Below are positions 13,081 through 25,240 of a stretch of 64,000 nucleotides of DNA, piece by piece. Where the stretch lies: NCBI RefSeq assembly GCF_001447785.1, contig NW_015160859.1:646569-710568 (forward strand). Direction: 5' to 3'. A program made the translations under genes and the position numbers. Under the pieces are notes generated by a model, which saw nothing but the letters and a program-made list of their open reading frames with translations, searched no databases and was not told the origin of the DNA. Origin of the DNA: Gekko japonicus (taxonomy: Eukaryota). Every line of letters begins with the position of its first letter. Positions within the stretch are counted from its first letter, which is position 1.

Positions 13081-13838
13081 TGAGGCACCTCCACTAGATG
13101 AGTTTTTTGTCTGAAAAATTAATGGTAGCCTGAAGAGACTGCATGTATTAAGGGGAGAGAAGCATCCATTAAAGGCTGAGAAGTCTAAGAAAAAGGAATG
13201 GTACAAGATAGTGTAGGCATGCCAAGGGAATTGTGTCACATCACTAATTATGATACAGTAAATATCCAACTCAAGCCTATGACAAATTCCACACAGCAAT
13301 TACAGTAATTGTGATTGGGTGAGATACCTGGGGGAAGTAGCACATTTTCCCCATTGTTCTAAATACTGTGCTTTGGATGCTGTGAAAATGAACTATTTTT
13401 AAAATATTAAGGGAAGACACAGGCACACACACACCCACAAAACTCTGATTTGGGTCCATGAGTATGGCTCCCATATGGGGATTCCCCCCTTTAGCCCTTT
13501 AAAAACCACTTTCCCTTTCCCAGCCAATCTATGCTATATCTTGGATGTGTTGGAATGAGACGGTGAAGGGAATGGGTAGGGGCTTCAGGCCATGGGCAGC
13601 CTGGCATAATCAGCATTGTACAGCATTTTTGCAGATGCATTACAGAGGAAAGGGGGAGGAGTAAGGCATCATGCAGAGGAAAAATAGGTATGGATCTGGT
13701 TACTGCTTGTTACCTCTCCATTTGTGCTGCAACAATGGGTGCATGTTTTGGTGTCCTCATATAGATGCCTTAGATAAAATCAGTTCATTCTCCAGAGGTC
13801 CCCAAATCCATGGCTGTTTTGTTTGTTTTTATAAACAG

Positions 13839-14355
13839 GCTGTTTGTCGAAGCAATGGCTTCTTCTCATACAACATACCCACCTGGTTTGGTACTACAAA
13901 ATATGTGAAACCTCTCATTCAAAAACTGTGTGCTCATGAACAAATGCTCTGCAGCAAGACTTGCTACAACTCAGTCAACATAGCTTTCCTGATTGATGGT
14001 TCCAGCAGTGTTGGAGACAGCAACTTCCGTCTCATGCTTGAATTTATCGGCAATGTTGCCAAAGCATTTGAGATCACAGATATTGGTTCCAAAATTGCAG
14101 TGGTACAGTTTACATATGATCAGCGCATGGAGTTCAGCTTTACAGACTATATTACAAAAGAAAGGGTTCTTGCTGCTGTTCGAGGAGTTCGTTATATGAG
14201 TGGTGGAACTGCTACTGGAGAAGCCATTACATACACAACCAGAAATGTTTTTGGACCTGTGAGAAATGGACCGAACAAAAACTTCCTGGTGATTTTGACC
14301 GATGGCCAGTCTTATGATGATGTCAGAGGGCCTGCTGCTGTTGCTCATAAAGCAG
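13839..14355 (+). CDS. COCH: Cochlin coding exon (linker + vWFA2), 517 bp
   Basis: taaacAG|GCTGTTTGT...AAAGCAG|GTaaat. Encodes [11 protein letters not shown]...[26 protein letters not shown]...[20 protein letters not shown], with the DxSxS MIDAS motif. Confidence 0.98.
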
Positions 14356-14859
14356 GTAAATGATTCTAGAACAAATTTAAAATGTTAATACGTTCACAGA
14401 ACTGTAGGCAGACAGCTAGGTATGAAACCTATCATAAATTTAATGCATGAGAAGTTAACTCCGTGAATTAATGCATGAGAAGTTAACTCAATGAACTCAA
14501 GCTGGTTTTAAACCAGCACGACTGCTGTGACTATCCCCAAGCCTAACAATTGTCAGTTGATATGAGTATGTTAGGAAGTTTGAGAAAGCTACAATTCCCC
14601 AAATTTCCAACATTCTGGAAAATTCTGTTTCTGAATGCTTGTAGTCTGAGTGGATGTGCATGTCAGAAGAAATTTCTTCTAGTTGCTATATGCACTATTG
14701 TAGAATCATCCTTAAGATAGTTCCAGGTAGTCACCCGTGTTGGTCTGAAGCAGTAGAACAAATTTAGATTCCAGTGGCACCTTTAAGACCAACAAAGGTT
14801 TATTCAAGATATGGGCTTTCATATGCATGCACACTTTTTCTAATACATTAGAATGGAAG

Positions 14860-16285
14860 AGCGCTACTGTTGTTGCTTGATCTCACAGCAATGTTTGACA
14901 CAGTTGATCATGATCTTTTGACTCACTGCATTGCCAGTGTAGGAGTACATGGGGTGGCCTTTCAGTGGCTTTCCTCATTTCTCCAGGGTTGGGAACAGAG
15001 GGTGGTACTGGGTGAGGATGTGTCCTTTAGGCAACCCTTATTATGTGGGGTTCCTCAGGGGACACTCCTTTCCCCAATGTTATTTAACATCTATATGAGC
15101 CCCCTCGCCCAGCTGGCAAGGAGTTTCAGGCCTGGGTGCTATCAATATGCTGATGACATCCAGCTGTATGTTATTGGATGGATGGCTGACCCCGCCAACC
15201 ATCGCCCTGCCAAATCTGGCTGAGGGACTGGAAGCCGTGGTGGGATGGCTAAAAAAGAGCAGCCTGAGACTGAATCCATCGAAGACAGATATTCTGTGGC
15301 GGGGGGTGGGGCTTTGGGATTGGAGTTCAGGTTACCAACCCTTGACAGGGCCCCACTGACACCAGCACCATCTGTCAAGAGTTCAGGCATGACTTTGGAT
15401 ACCTCCCTATTGATGGAGGCCCAAGTCATGCATATTACCAGGCTGGCATTTTTCCACCTTTGTCAAGCTTGGCAACTGGCTCCTTTCTTGTCATGCCCTG
15501 ACCTAGCCACAGTAATCCATGCAATGGTCACCTCCAGGCTAGACTACTGCAACTCACTCTACACTGGCCTACCCTTGAGACTGATCCAGAAACTTTAGCT
15601 GGTTCAGAACGCAGTGGCGCGAGTCCTGATGGGAACATCGCAGATGGCACATATTTAACCAGTGCTGCACCAGCTACAATGGCTTCCAGTAGAGTACTGC
15701 GTCAGGTTCAAGGTTTTGGTATTGACCTTTAAGGCCTTGAGCAGTCTGGGACCAACGTACCTGCAGGACGACCTCCTCTGCTATGTCCCCCAGAGAGCCT
15801 TGCGGTTCACTGATAACAATTTGCTGGTGATCCCTGGCCCTAGGAATGTCCGGCCGTCCTCGACCAGGGCCAGGGCTTTTTCAGTCCTGATCCCAACCTA
15901 GTAGAACTCTCTGCCGAATGACACCAGGGCCCTGCAGGACCTTGTGCAATTCTGCAGGGCCTGTAAGGCAGATATGTGGCGCCAGGCTTTTGGTTGAGGG
16001 CTGCAATGGTTGGTTGCACTGGCTGGTACCCTTTCCCTCTCCCCGCTAGGTATATTTTGCTTAAGTTTCCCTCTCCTGCTCCCACCAAATGGCCAGGCAG
16101 TCCAGAATGGGAACAGAAAATTGTAAATCACCATCTGGGATCTTTTATTCTGGTTTTATCTCTTATTAACTGTATAGATATTTAAAATTTTGTATTTTAT
16201 CTTATGGCATTTTGCCTTTTGTACATCACCCAAAGCCTGGAATAACCCAGGATAGGACGATTAATAAATCGAATTAATAATAATA
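14860..16285 (+). mobile_element. L2-clade LINE, 5'-truncated
   Basis: RT motifs LLDLTAMFDTVDH, GVPQGTLLSPMLFNIYM, YADD; SRLDYCNSL; ends in a (TAA)n tail at ~16262-16285. Confidence 0.92.
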
Positions 16286-16654
16286 CTCTTTGTTGTGGTC
16301 TCTGTGCAGTCCCACAAATGGGTTGGACACCTGCGCACGACCTCGACCGGAGAATTTCCGAGCTTGCCTCAGGAGTCTTTTTGGCGAGCTCTCTTCCTGC
16401 CCTGGGGATCAGACATGCAGTGCGCATGCCTGGAGAGGGGGAGAGAGCCGCCTCCCACTCAGTTCTTCTTTGATCGCCTTCGTGTTCACACCTCGCTACC
16501 GTCGCGCTTCAATTTGCCTCAGCTGAGTATCTGCTTTGGAGCTCTTCGTCCTGGTTCTTCTCATTTCTTCTTTCTTACTTAAAAAAAACAACAGCAGTTT
16601 ACTATCTTTATTCACTTTCATTCTTACCCCCCCCCCCCTTTAGAAGGTGTTTGT

Positions 16655-18643
16655 ATGGGCCGCACCCTATTTTTCAAGTTGTGTCACCATTGCCCAGCCA
16701 AACTCCCATCTAACGACGGCCACGACCTCTGTTTGATTTGTTTGGGAGAGTTCCACCACGTTGATTTGTGCCCCCATTGTGCAAAGTTTACTCGTCAGGC
16801 CTGTAGAAATAGGGCAGCGCACCTCCGAATGGTTCTTTTAGAAGCGGCATTGCACCCTACAATGTCCTCAGTAGCTTCTCCGGCTTCTTCTGCCCTGCAG
16901 AAATCTTCTTCACGCCCCGACAATGCAAAATCTTCGAAGCATAAAGGTAAAAAGCGCGAAGAAAAACTCCCATCGAAGCTGAACTTGAAACCAAAAAAGA
17001 AGAAGAAGCTGAACTTGAAGCTATCAACGTTGGCTTAAACTCTGAAACTCGATCCTGTCGTGATCTCTGGTCTCTTGACGTCGACTCCCATCATATCTTC
17101 TGGAACGGCATCTTCTAAGGCTCACCTCCAGCCTCCCACTCCCCCGCCGACCTTGACCTCCCCGGCGGACCATATCCCACCTGGTCAACAATTGAGGTTG
17201 CCACTATGGAAGTCTTCTTCTCATCATGGTTCTCCTCAGTCGGCTTGTCAATCTCGGTGCCGTGACTCCCATATGCCTATCCACCCTTTGGATTACAGGG
17301 AGCCTTTTCTGTGACGTCGTTTTAGGTCGAGATCCCACTATGATCGAAGGGCATAAAACCATCAGAGGTCACCTTCTCGATCAAGATCCACATCTGATTA
17401 CAGGTCTTGGTCCCCAGATGTCAGGCACCAAAGAGCGTATTACCCATGCTCTTACTCTCGGTCTTCTACTCCACATGAAGACTGCTATGACTGGTTCCGG
17501 GATTCTGATCTCCAGAGGCGTCGGCTGACTCCGCCTTACTCCAAGCGCTCACAGTCTGTGGCCTCCATCCATTCCTTGGAGCTCGATCAGCCTCCAGATG
17601 CATTGATGTCAGTGGATGCCCCGAAGCATTCTCCCTTAGTACCTTGGTACCGCCCACCCACGGATGACCAGACACCTCTTATTGTCTCTCAACATCTTCG
17701 ATCACTGTCTCTGGACTCAGTGTCTGACTGTTCTGTCTCGGGTGACCTTGACCCTGACATAATTCCTATTGACAATGATCCTCGTCGTTTGGGCTCTGTC
17801 TCTCCAACTGAGGGCCCAAAGGCCTATTTGGAGCTTGTCGCATGGATGGCCACAGCTCTCCAAGTGCAAGGTTCTACCGACAGTCCAGCGGTAACCGATG
17901 TTGTTCATAAACTGCTGCAGGCAGACTTACCACCTTCGACAATCTTACCACTGCTTCCGGTCCACCTATCGGTGCTTAAAGAATCCTGGGACCATCCTGC
18001 CTCTGTCCCTCCAATATCAAAGCATTATGATGGCCTTTATAAGGTCCAAGAGGCCTCCAGAAAATTCTTCTTCACTCAGCCTCATCCGAACTCGATGGTT
18101 GTTCATTCCTCTTCAAAATCTGAACAGCATCGCCAATCTGCTCCTCCCGATCGTGAAGGTCATAAGATTGATGCTATCGCAAAGAAAACTTACTCTGTCG
18201 CGTCCATGAACATTAGAATTGATACCTACCTATCATACCTCTCCGCTTATGCATTTAACATAGCCACTGCTGTTCGTCCGGTTCTTGAATTTGTCCTACA
18301 GGAACACCGTCTTACACTGTCAGCTGCCCTGTCAGAAATCTGCACGATTTCTAAACAACAAATTACCTCAATTCGTCATGCTGTTACCTGCTCTTCTAAA
18401 GTCCTCGCTTCTTCCATCGCTCTTCGCCGTCATGCTTGGCTTAGGAGTACTTCTCTCCAGACGGATGTTAAATTTAAAACCGAGGATCTACCAATTGATG
18501 GTGAAGGACTTTTTCATTCCACTACGGATGAGACACTGAAAGCTGTCGATGACAGTAGGAAACAAGCTCTAAACCTTGGAGTCTCTACTTCCACACCGCG
18601 GCCTCGATACCACTCATGGAGGCCATACTACAATAAGCACTAG
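16655..18643 (+). pseudogene. DIRS gag-like ORF1 (Cys/His knuckle + LAP2alpha-like domain), interrupted
   Basis: FKLCHHC...DGHDLCLICLGEFH...CPHC; later ESWDHPAS...HPNSMVV...SIALRRHAWLRS...DLPIDGEGLF, typical of vertebrate DIRS ORF1. Confidence 0.85.
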
Positions 18644-18774
18644 CCATCCCCTGCTACCACCTAGCAGTGGAGGAAGAAATCCTACGATTCTCATCCATCT
18701 CAACGACCCTGGCAACAACCGCCTAAAAAGCCGCAACAGCCTAAGCCTGCCTCCACCTCCTTCTTTCACCCCTC

Positions 18775-20870
18775 CCATTGGGCTCTTCCCCTTCCTTCCA
18801 ACCTGGGAAGACATCACTACCAACTCCTGGGTCCTTACCATCGTATGGGTCAGGTACGCCATAGAGTTCATTTTGCCCCCAATGCTTCATCATCACACCC
18901 CCAGATCCATTACTTCGTCTAGAGGTCCGGACACTCCTTGACAAAGGGGCCATCGAGATCGTCCCAGAGGTGCAACGAACTCTCAGCTTCTACTCCAAGT
19001 ATTTCCTAGTTCCCAAACGGGACGGCAGTTTTTGGGCTATCATGGATCTTCGAGATCTCAGTCATTCTGTTCACTGCAAGAGGGTTTCGCATGGTCACCT
19101 TATAATCTATCCTTCCTCTCCTCCTGAAATCCGGCTGGCTGGCGTCAATAGATCTCCAAGACGTCTATTATCTTGTCACCATCCGCCCCCAACATTGAAA
19201 ATTCCTCCGTTTTGCCGTCGGAGACGCCCATTATCAATATCGTGTCCTTCCGTTCTGACTTTGTACGGCCCCCATTGTCTTTTCGAAAATTATGGCCGTA
19301 GTTGCCGCCGAGCTACATCATCAGGGGATTGTTCTTTACCTCTATATCAACTACTGGCTTCCTGTTGCTCCCACAGAGGCTCAACTTCTCCAAGACGTTT
19401 GAACCACCCTTGCATCCTACCTTGGGACTGTGTGTCAATCTTTTGAAATCTGCACTTCAACCTGTCCAGGTTCTACACTTCCTAGGAGCCCAACTCGATA
19501 CCATCTTAGAGATGGCCTTCCTTTCTGAATCGAGAGCCTCGGACATAATGGCCTTGGTGTCCACCTTCATGACATGTTCGCGACAATTGGCTTGATCCGT
19601 CATAAGGCTCCTGGGTTACTTCACGTCCACTGTCTTTGTGGTCCAACATGCCAGGCTGAGGATGTACCCTCTTTAGCTCTGGTTTTTCCGAGCCTTCAAT
19701 CTTCAAACCAGCACTTGGCACACAACGCTCTCGATCCTGTCCCTAGTGCTAGAATCCCTGTCGTGGTGGTCCGTCCCGCAGAATCTCCTATCGGGCATAC
19801 CGTTTCAACATCCACCTCCGGAGATCTACCTATCGACAGATGCATCCCTTTGGGGTTGGGGAGACCACTACGGGACTCTGTCTGTGAGAAGAAATTGGTC
19901 GCTCCGAGACAAGACTCTCCACATCAGTGCTTTGGAGCTTCGGGCTGTTCATCCAGCTTTGGTGTTGTTCCTCCCAATTCTTAAGGGCAAAATTGTCCAG
20001 ATTGCCTCGGACAACATCACAGCAGTCTTCTATATCAACAAACAGGGTGGGACCGCTTCAGTCTGCCTCTGTCACGCAGCCGTTCGTCTCTGGACCTGGT
20101 GTCTTCACCATGCAATTACGATATCGGCTATCCACATTCCAGGTGTTCAAAATGTCAACACCAATATTTTAAGCCGCTCGGTCCCGCAGGACAACAGATA
20201 GTCCCTTCATCCTCGATTGCTCTGACCCATCTTTCTAGAGTTCGGACTATCGACGGCTTTGCTACCCCAGAAAATGCTTGCTGTCCCCTCTTCTTCGCTC
20301 GGGGTCCACCATCTACTTGATCCCTCAGCAATGCCTTTCTTCACAAATGGAATGGGACCCTGCTTTATTTTTTCCCTCCCTTTTCTCTTGGTATAGTGGT
20401 TAAGTGTGCGAACTCTAATCTGGGAGAACCGGGTTTGATTCCCCACTCCTCCACTCGCACCTGGCTGGATGACCTTGGGCAAGCTGTAGTTCTGATAAGA
20501 GCTGTTCTTGAAAAAGAGCAGTTTCTGTCAGAGCGCTCTCAGCCCCACCTACCTCACAGGGTGTCTGTTGTGGGGAGGGGAAGGGAAAGGAGTTTGTAAG
20601 TCGCTCTGAGACTCCCTTGGGTAGTGAAGGGCGGGGTATAAATCCAATCTCTTCTTCTTCTTCTCATCTCGAGGGTTCTTCAGAAAATTGTGGCGGATGC
20701 CATATCCTGCATCCTCATTACTCCTTGGTGGCCACGCCAAGTGTGGTTCCCGCACCTGCTTTGTCTCTCCAACAGCCACTTTCTTCATCTGCCTCATATG
20801 CCCAATCTCCTCTCTTGAGATTGGGGCTGAGTTCTCCACCACAACCTGGCCTTTTTCAAGCTCACTGCTT
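18775..20870 (+). pseudogene. DIRS RT / RNase H / adenine-methyltransferase-like region, frameshifted and SINE-interrupted
   Basis: FYSKYFLVPKRDGS..IMDLRDL (RT); STDASLWGWG, HISALELRAV, SDNITAVFYINKQGGT, HIPGVQN (RNase H); IDGFATPENA and TPWWPRQVWFP (MT-like). Confidence 0.88.
20388..20665 (+). mobile_element. Squam3-like SINE inserted in the DIRS MT-like region
   Basis: Near-identical to 9838-10110; short TTCTC duplication at the junctions. Confidence 0.9.
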
Positions 20871-20889
20871 GGAGGGTTCTGCATTAGAC

Positions 20890-21900
20890 TTCCCACCTGA
20901 AGTGTCGGAAGTATTACTTAATGCGAGAAAACCGTCTACCCGGCGGAACTATTGTTTCAAATGGAAGAAGTTCGAGTCTTACGCGTCGCAACACTGCTTC
21001 GATCCTACCCAGTCTTCTCTATGAGATATCTTCTCTTACATGGTGTCTTTAAAGGACTCTGGTCTGGCATACTCTTCTCTGAGTTCACCTTGCTGCCATC
21101 TCCGCGTATCACCCTTTGATGCAGGGCTCCACTGTCTTCTCTCACCGCTTGATGAGGTCCTTTCTGAAAGGTCTCCTTTGTCTTTGTCCACTGAGAAAAC
21201 TGATGGTGCCTTCCTGGAGTTTGTCTTTAGTCCTCGCCCAACAGCTGGCTAAGCCTTTCAAGCCCATGGCTACTGTAGATCTTCGGCTCCTGTCATGGAA
21301 AACGGCCTTTCTCATTGGCATTACAACGGCTCACCAGGTGGGAGAGCTTGCTGCTTTCTGGGCAGACCCTCCATATACAATTTTCCACAGGGACAAGGTT
21401 GTTCTGCAGTCAGATCCCTCCTTTCTTCCTAAAGTGGTCTCTGCCTTTCATCTCTCTCAGTATTCTGGTCCTCCCTACTTTCTTTTCGAACCTGGCTGAC
21501 GCACCACAATGAGCCCTGCACTGCCTCGACGTCAGAAGGGCTCTTTCCTTCTGTCTGCACTGCACGCAGCCCTTTTGGAAATCTCCGAGGCTTTTTGTTG
21601 CCTATGCCTCCCCATGTAGGGGCAAGGCTATCTCCTCCCAGTGCTTGTTGAAATGGGTGACCTCGACCATAGCCCTTTGCTATGAGTTAGCCCATCAGCC
21701 CATACCTACCTCTGTCACTGCTCATTCCATGAGGGCAGTCTTGACTTCAACTGCCTTTCTGGCTGGTGTCCTGTTGGAAGACGTCTGTGCTGCTGCCACG
21801 TGGTCTTCGACATTGACTTTCATGTCCCACTATGCACTACACGTTTGAGCTTGACGGGATCCTGGATTTGGCCAGGCGGTGCTACGCTCTCTCTTCACCT
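20890..21900 (+). pseudogene. DIRS tyrosine recombinase, disrupted
   Basis: NARKPSTRRNYCFKWKKF; PSWSLSLVL; LSWKTAFLIGITTAHQVGEL; FLPKVVS; AHSMRA...AATWSS..TFMSHY. Confidence 0.9.
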
Positions 21901-22020
21901 GATGCTTCTGTTTCTTCAGGTAGGACCTGTAAATGGAAATGATATCCCTATGTCCTAACCTATTTATTGTTTCTTTTAGCTGCCAGTTCCCTCCTCTGAC
22001 TGGTTTAGCTCTTTTAATCA

Positions 22021-22117
22021 CCCATGTGTGGGATTGCACAGAGACCATGACGAAGATAAATAGGTTGCTTACCTGTAACTGATGATCTTCGAGTGGTCAT
22101 CTGTGCAGTACCACAAT
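22021..22117 (+). repeat. DIRS internal complementary region (ICR)
   Basis: First half is the reverse complement of the left end (16287-16322); second half is the reverse complement of the right end (22347-22404). Confidence 0.93.
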
Positions 22118-22777
22118 CCCACCTGACCTTCCCCACTGCTGGCATCTCCTGATCACTTACCTTGAGTTGATGGGACTTAACAGTAGCAGTCAAAGGAACT
22201 GAGTGGGAGGCGGCTCTCTCTCCCGCTCCAGGCATGCACACTGCATGTCTGCTCCCCAGGGCAGGAAGAGAGCCCACCAAAAAGACTCCTGAAGCAAGCT
22301 CTGGAACATTCTCCAGTCGAGGTCGTGTGCAGGCACCCAACCCATGTGTGGTACTGCACAGATGACTACTCGAAGATCATCAGTTACAGGTAAGCAATCT
22401 GTTTTTTATTATTATAGACAGAGGCTGAACAGCATATTTACATGTAACATGATTAAGATATTATCAGGTCAGGTTATCAGCTAAGGTTATCAGGTCAACA
22501 GTTGTTTTGATTTAATTAAGGGGGGCAATAAATATGTCAACATAGGAGATAAATGTGTAAAGGTATCTTTTCTAATTGTGGGAAGTAAACTGAGACTCTC
22601 CATTAGTCTCCTCTCAGGCGTGGAGGTAACTTAACAGCATTTTTCTTCTTCACTGAGGTGGGTGCAGTGTTCTATCAACAAAACATTTCAATATTCCCTG
22701 TATTACATTCAGTATTCAGATGTAGTATTCTGAAAAGGAAATACACTAAAATACAGAAGATGTATAGTCCTTCTTGT

Positions 22778-23020
22778 CAGGGGTCATTTCGTAGAAAAAG
22801 AGCTAGGGGAACTCATTAGCATAACTCATTAGCATATGCCACACCCCCTGACATCAGGGGCCCGGCGGTGGACCTGCAAGGCCAGCGGGAGTGCGAGGAA
22901 GCCCTGCCAAGGCCCTCCCTGGAGCCAGGCAGGCAGGGGTGGGGAGAGGCGGGGAGGAAGCAACTTACCCTCCCTCTTCTCCTGCCTCCTCCATGCAAGG
23001 ACTGGATGAGTTAGCATATG
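22778..23020. mobile_element. Probable MITE / non-autonomous DNA transposon fragment
   Basis: CAGGG start, ACTCATTAGCATA duplicated motif and GC-rich core interrupting the Penelope sequence. Confidence 0.45.
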
Positions 23021-23021
23021 T

Positions 23022-23352
23022 AATGAGAGAAGAAACCAATATCCCTCTTGAGTCCTGGGGAGGTTTTTGTTCCAAGTGTTGTAATAACTTGTAATTCAGC
23101 AATTTCCCTTTCCATTCTGTTCCTGAAGTTCCTTTGTAATAAAACAGCTACTTTGAGGCCACTCATTGAACGTCCTGGACGGTTGTTCTCCTACAGGTTT
23201 CTCAGTCTTGTGATTCCTGGTGTCAGATTTGGGTCCATTTATCCTCTGGCGTAGGGTTTGTCCTGTTTGCCCTATGTAGAGAACCACAGGACATTGTCGG
23301 CATTTTATGGCATATACAATGTCAGAAAATGAGCAAGTGAATGAGCCTCTGA
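23022..23352 (-). pseudogene. Penelope GIY-YIG endonuclease C-terminal remnant
   Basis: Minus strand: FTCSFSDIVYAIKCRQCPVVLYIGQTGQTLRQRING...EIAELQVI...PGLKRDIGF. Confidence 0.88.
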
Positions 23353-23795
23353 TGGTCTTAAAGGTGCCACTGGACTCTAAATTTAATCATCCTTAAGGTC
23401 ATGAACATTTCTGTGTGTTCTGGGTCAGCATGCCTCACTACAAATTTGGATACTGCAGTTGTTAAGACTAATTCAGGATCCATATTTTCTTCTTCCTGGT
23501 TCTGTGACATCATTCCACTGGTAGCATGTAGAAATCAGACAGGCTTTTTCAGGGACCCCATGAAAAGCAGTGTTGGCAGAAGCAGCTTTTGAAATACAAA
23601 CCTAGAAAGTCTTGTGGCACCATCAATAAAATAACAATAGGGCATATGAAAGTATTTTAAGTTAGCCTTTCAGGACCCAGAACATCTTCTCTTATTGTAA
23701 TGGACTAACACAGCTACTTCTGTTAGAATTTGAAATGAAGAATTTTGAACTTTAAATACGTTTCTAAGCAATGCTCCTTGACCAATTTGTCACAG

Positions 23796-23971
23796 GTATA
23801 ACTGTATTCTCCATTGGTGTTGCTTGGGCTCCACTGGATGATCTAAAAGATATGGCATCTGAACCAAAGGAAACACACACCTTCTTCTCAAGAGAGTTTA
23901 CAGGACTGGAGCAGATTGTTCCGGATATTATTCGAGCCATTTGCAGGGATTTCTTGGACTCTAATCAGTGA
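23796..23971 (+). CDS. COCH: Cochlin final coding exon (176 bp to the TGA)
   Basis: gtcacAG|GTATAACT. Encodes [58 protein letters not shown]. Confidence 0.97.
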
Positions 23972-25240
23972 ATAGGAGGCTCCAGGAGACCATTTTAAAC
24001 CACATCAGGAAAAGCAAGTTCTCTCTATGGTACAAATGTTCTGTTGTTCTAGCACACAAAGTTGCAAAATTTGGGGTTTGTTTATAAAGGGCTACTATTC
24101 TGCTTTCTTTAAGCAAAACTTCTACTGAAATCAGTGGAAGTCTTGCTTAAATAAGTATTGCAGAATTTATCCCAAAGCTTTCATCATATATATCATCAGT
24201 TAAAGTTATAGTTAAAGTTACTTGATATCCATTTTATGTATATAGAGAAAATACATGGCTGCTCCTGGCATTAAATGCTGTTTGCTACTTAAATCCTCTC
24301 TCAAATTAAAGTAATCTCAAATAACATTTCCTCTACTGTATATAATTCTTTATTCTAGAATGTCAGATTAAAAGGAAGTTTTGGTGCGTACGTAGGTATC
24401 AGAAACACACTGCCAACATTACATTTCTATAGGAACTACTTGGTGCCTTTTAGGAAGAGTTGTATGCAGGAAAGGTAGGTTACCAACCTACAGTTATTAA
24501 ATTGGGATGGGTAACCCTTTTTGAAGATACTTATCCTCTTTTCAAGTAAGCAATAAGGGGGTGTGTGGGGAGGGGAAATCTGTTTTTTCTTTTAAAAATA
24601 GTTTTGTTATTTCTGTTAATCCTCCCTACCCAACCTACCCCTTCTTCTCCAATCCAACTAGGCCTGCAGCATGATAGGGCTGCTATCTCTTCTCCCACTT
24701 CCAACTTCCTTTGGCATCTCATACATGTCTACAGTACTGCATCTTTCTGCACTGTGGGAAATTTAGTAGCCCCAGAGTATAGTGTTGCATTTTGGATATA
24801 TTAGAAGGTCCAGGGTGCCAGGGGAGGCCCACCAGTCCACATCATCCTGACTGGGCAGCAGCATATGCAGTAAATGGGAAAGGGCATGAGAAAAGTCTAA
24901 ATATTATCTCACCCCCTTCCTCTAGCCCCTAAGTACAGTAGGCAGCCAGAGACTAGAACAACAGTGGTTTTGTATTTAGTTATTAAATTCAGTAATATTC
25001 AAATGCACACTCCTACCAAAGAACTCACCAACTTGCTAAATTTGGATTTCAAAAGAATGACTTGGTTATGTTGATCTTGATATAATTAGTACTGTTTGAG
25101 AAACTACTTGATTTAAGGAAAGAATAATTTTATTATTACCATGTATACATTTTCATTTTTTAAAACTATTAAAAATATTTTAAAATGTTCACTTTGAAAA
25201 GTTAAAACAGAATAAATATGTATAAATGTGGGCTCTGACA
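23972..25240 (+). other. COCH: Putative COCH 3'UTR; candidate poly(A) signal AATAAA at 25211-25216
   Basis: AT-rich sequence after the stop codon. The true 3' end cannot be fixed from sequence alone. Confidence 0.35.

Larger units (their letters stand above)
16287..22405 (+). mobile_element. Full-length DIRS1-like tyrosine-recombinase retrotransposon (decayed ORFs)
   Basis: Inverted terminal repeats (ITRs; ~16300-16475 vs ~22190-22360), an internal complementary region, and gag, RT, RNase H, methyltransferase-like and YR coding remnants in canonical order. Confidence 0.95.
14717..23384 (-). mobile_element. Penelope-like element (5'-truncated, inverted terminal piece) expanded by nested insertions
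   Basis: Perfect 13-bp TSD AATCATCCTTAAG at 14704-14716 and 23385-23397. Terminal repeat at 14717-14858 is partly inverted at 23354-23384; GIY-YIG remnant at 23022-23352. Confidence 0.85.

Noticed and set aside
13671-14363. 230-aa ORF as a stand-alone vWFA gene (likewise ORFs 2711..3019, 12579..12881, 23771..23971)
   Set aside because: These are COCH exons with read-through into intron; splice sites and phases explain them.
14440-14489. 22-bp tandem duplication after a COCH donor
   Set aside because: Ordinary slippage duplication; does not alter the splice site.
17558-18643. 361-aa ORF as a host LAP2alpha/TMPO-like gene
   Set aside because: It lies inside a DIRS element at the gag position, with the upstream part disrupted.
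20200-21900. Phage or bacterial contamination (Dam-like methylase + tyrosine integrase)
   Set aside because: Both are standard DIRS domains within ITR/ICR architecture in a vertebrate intron.
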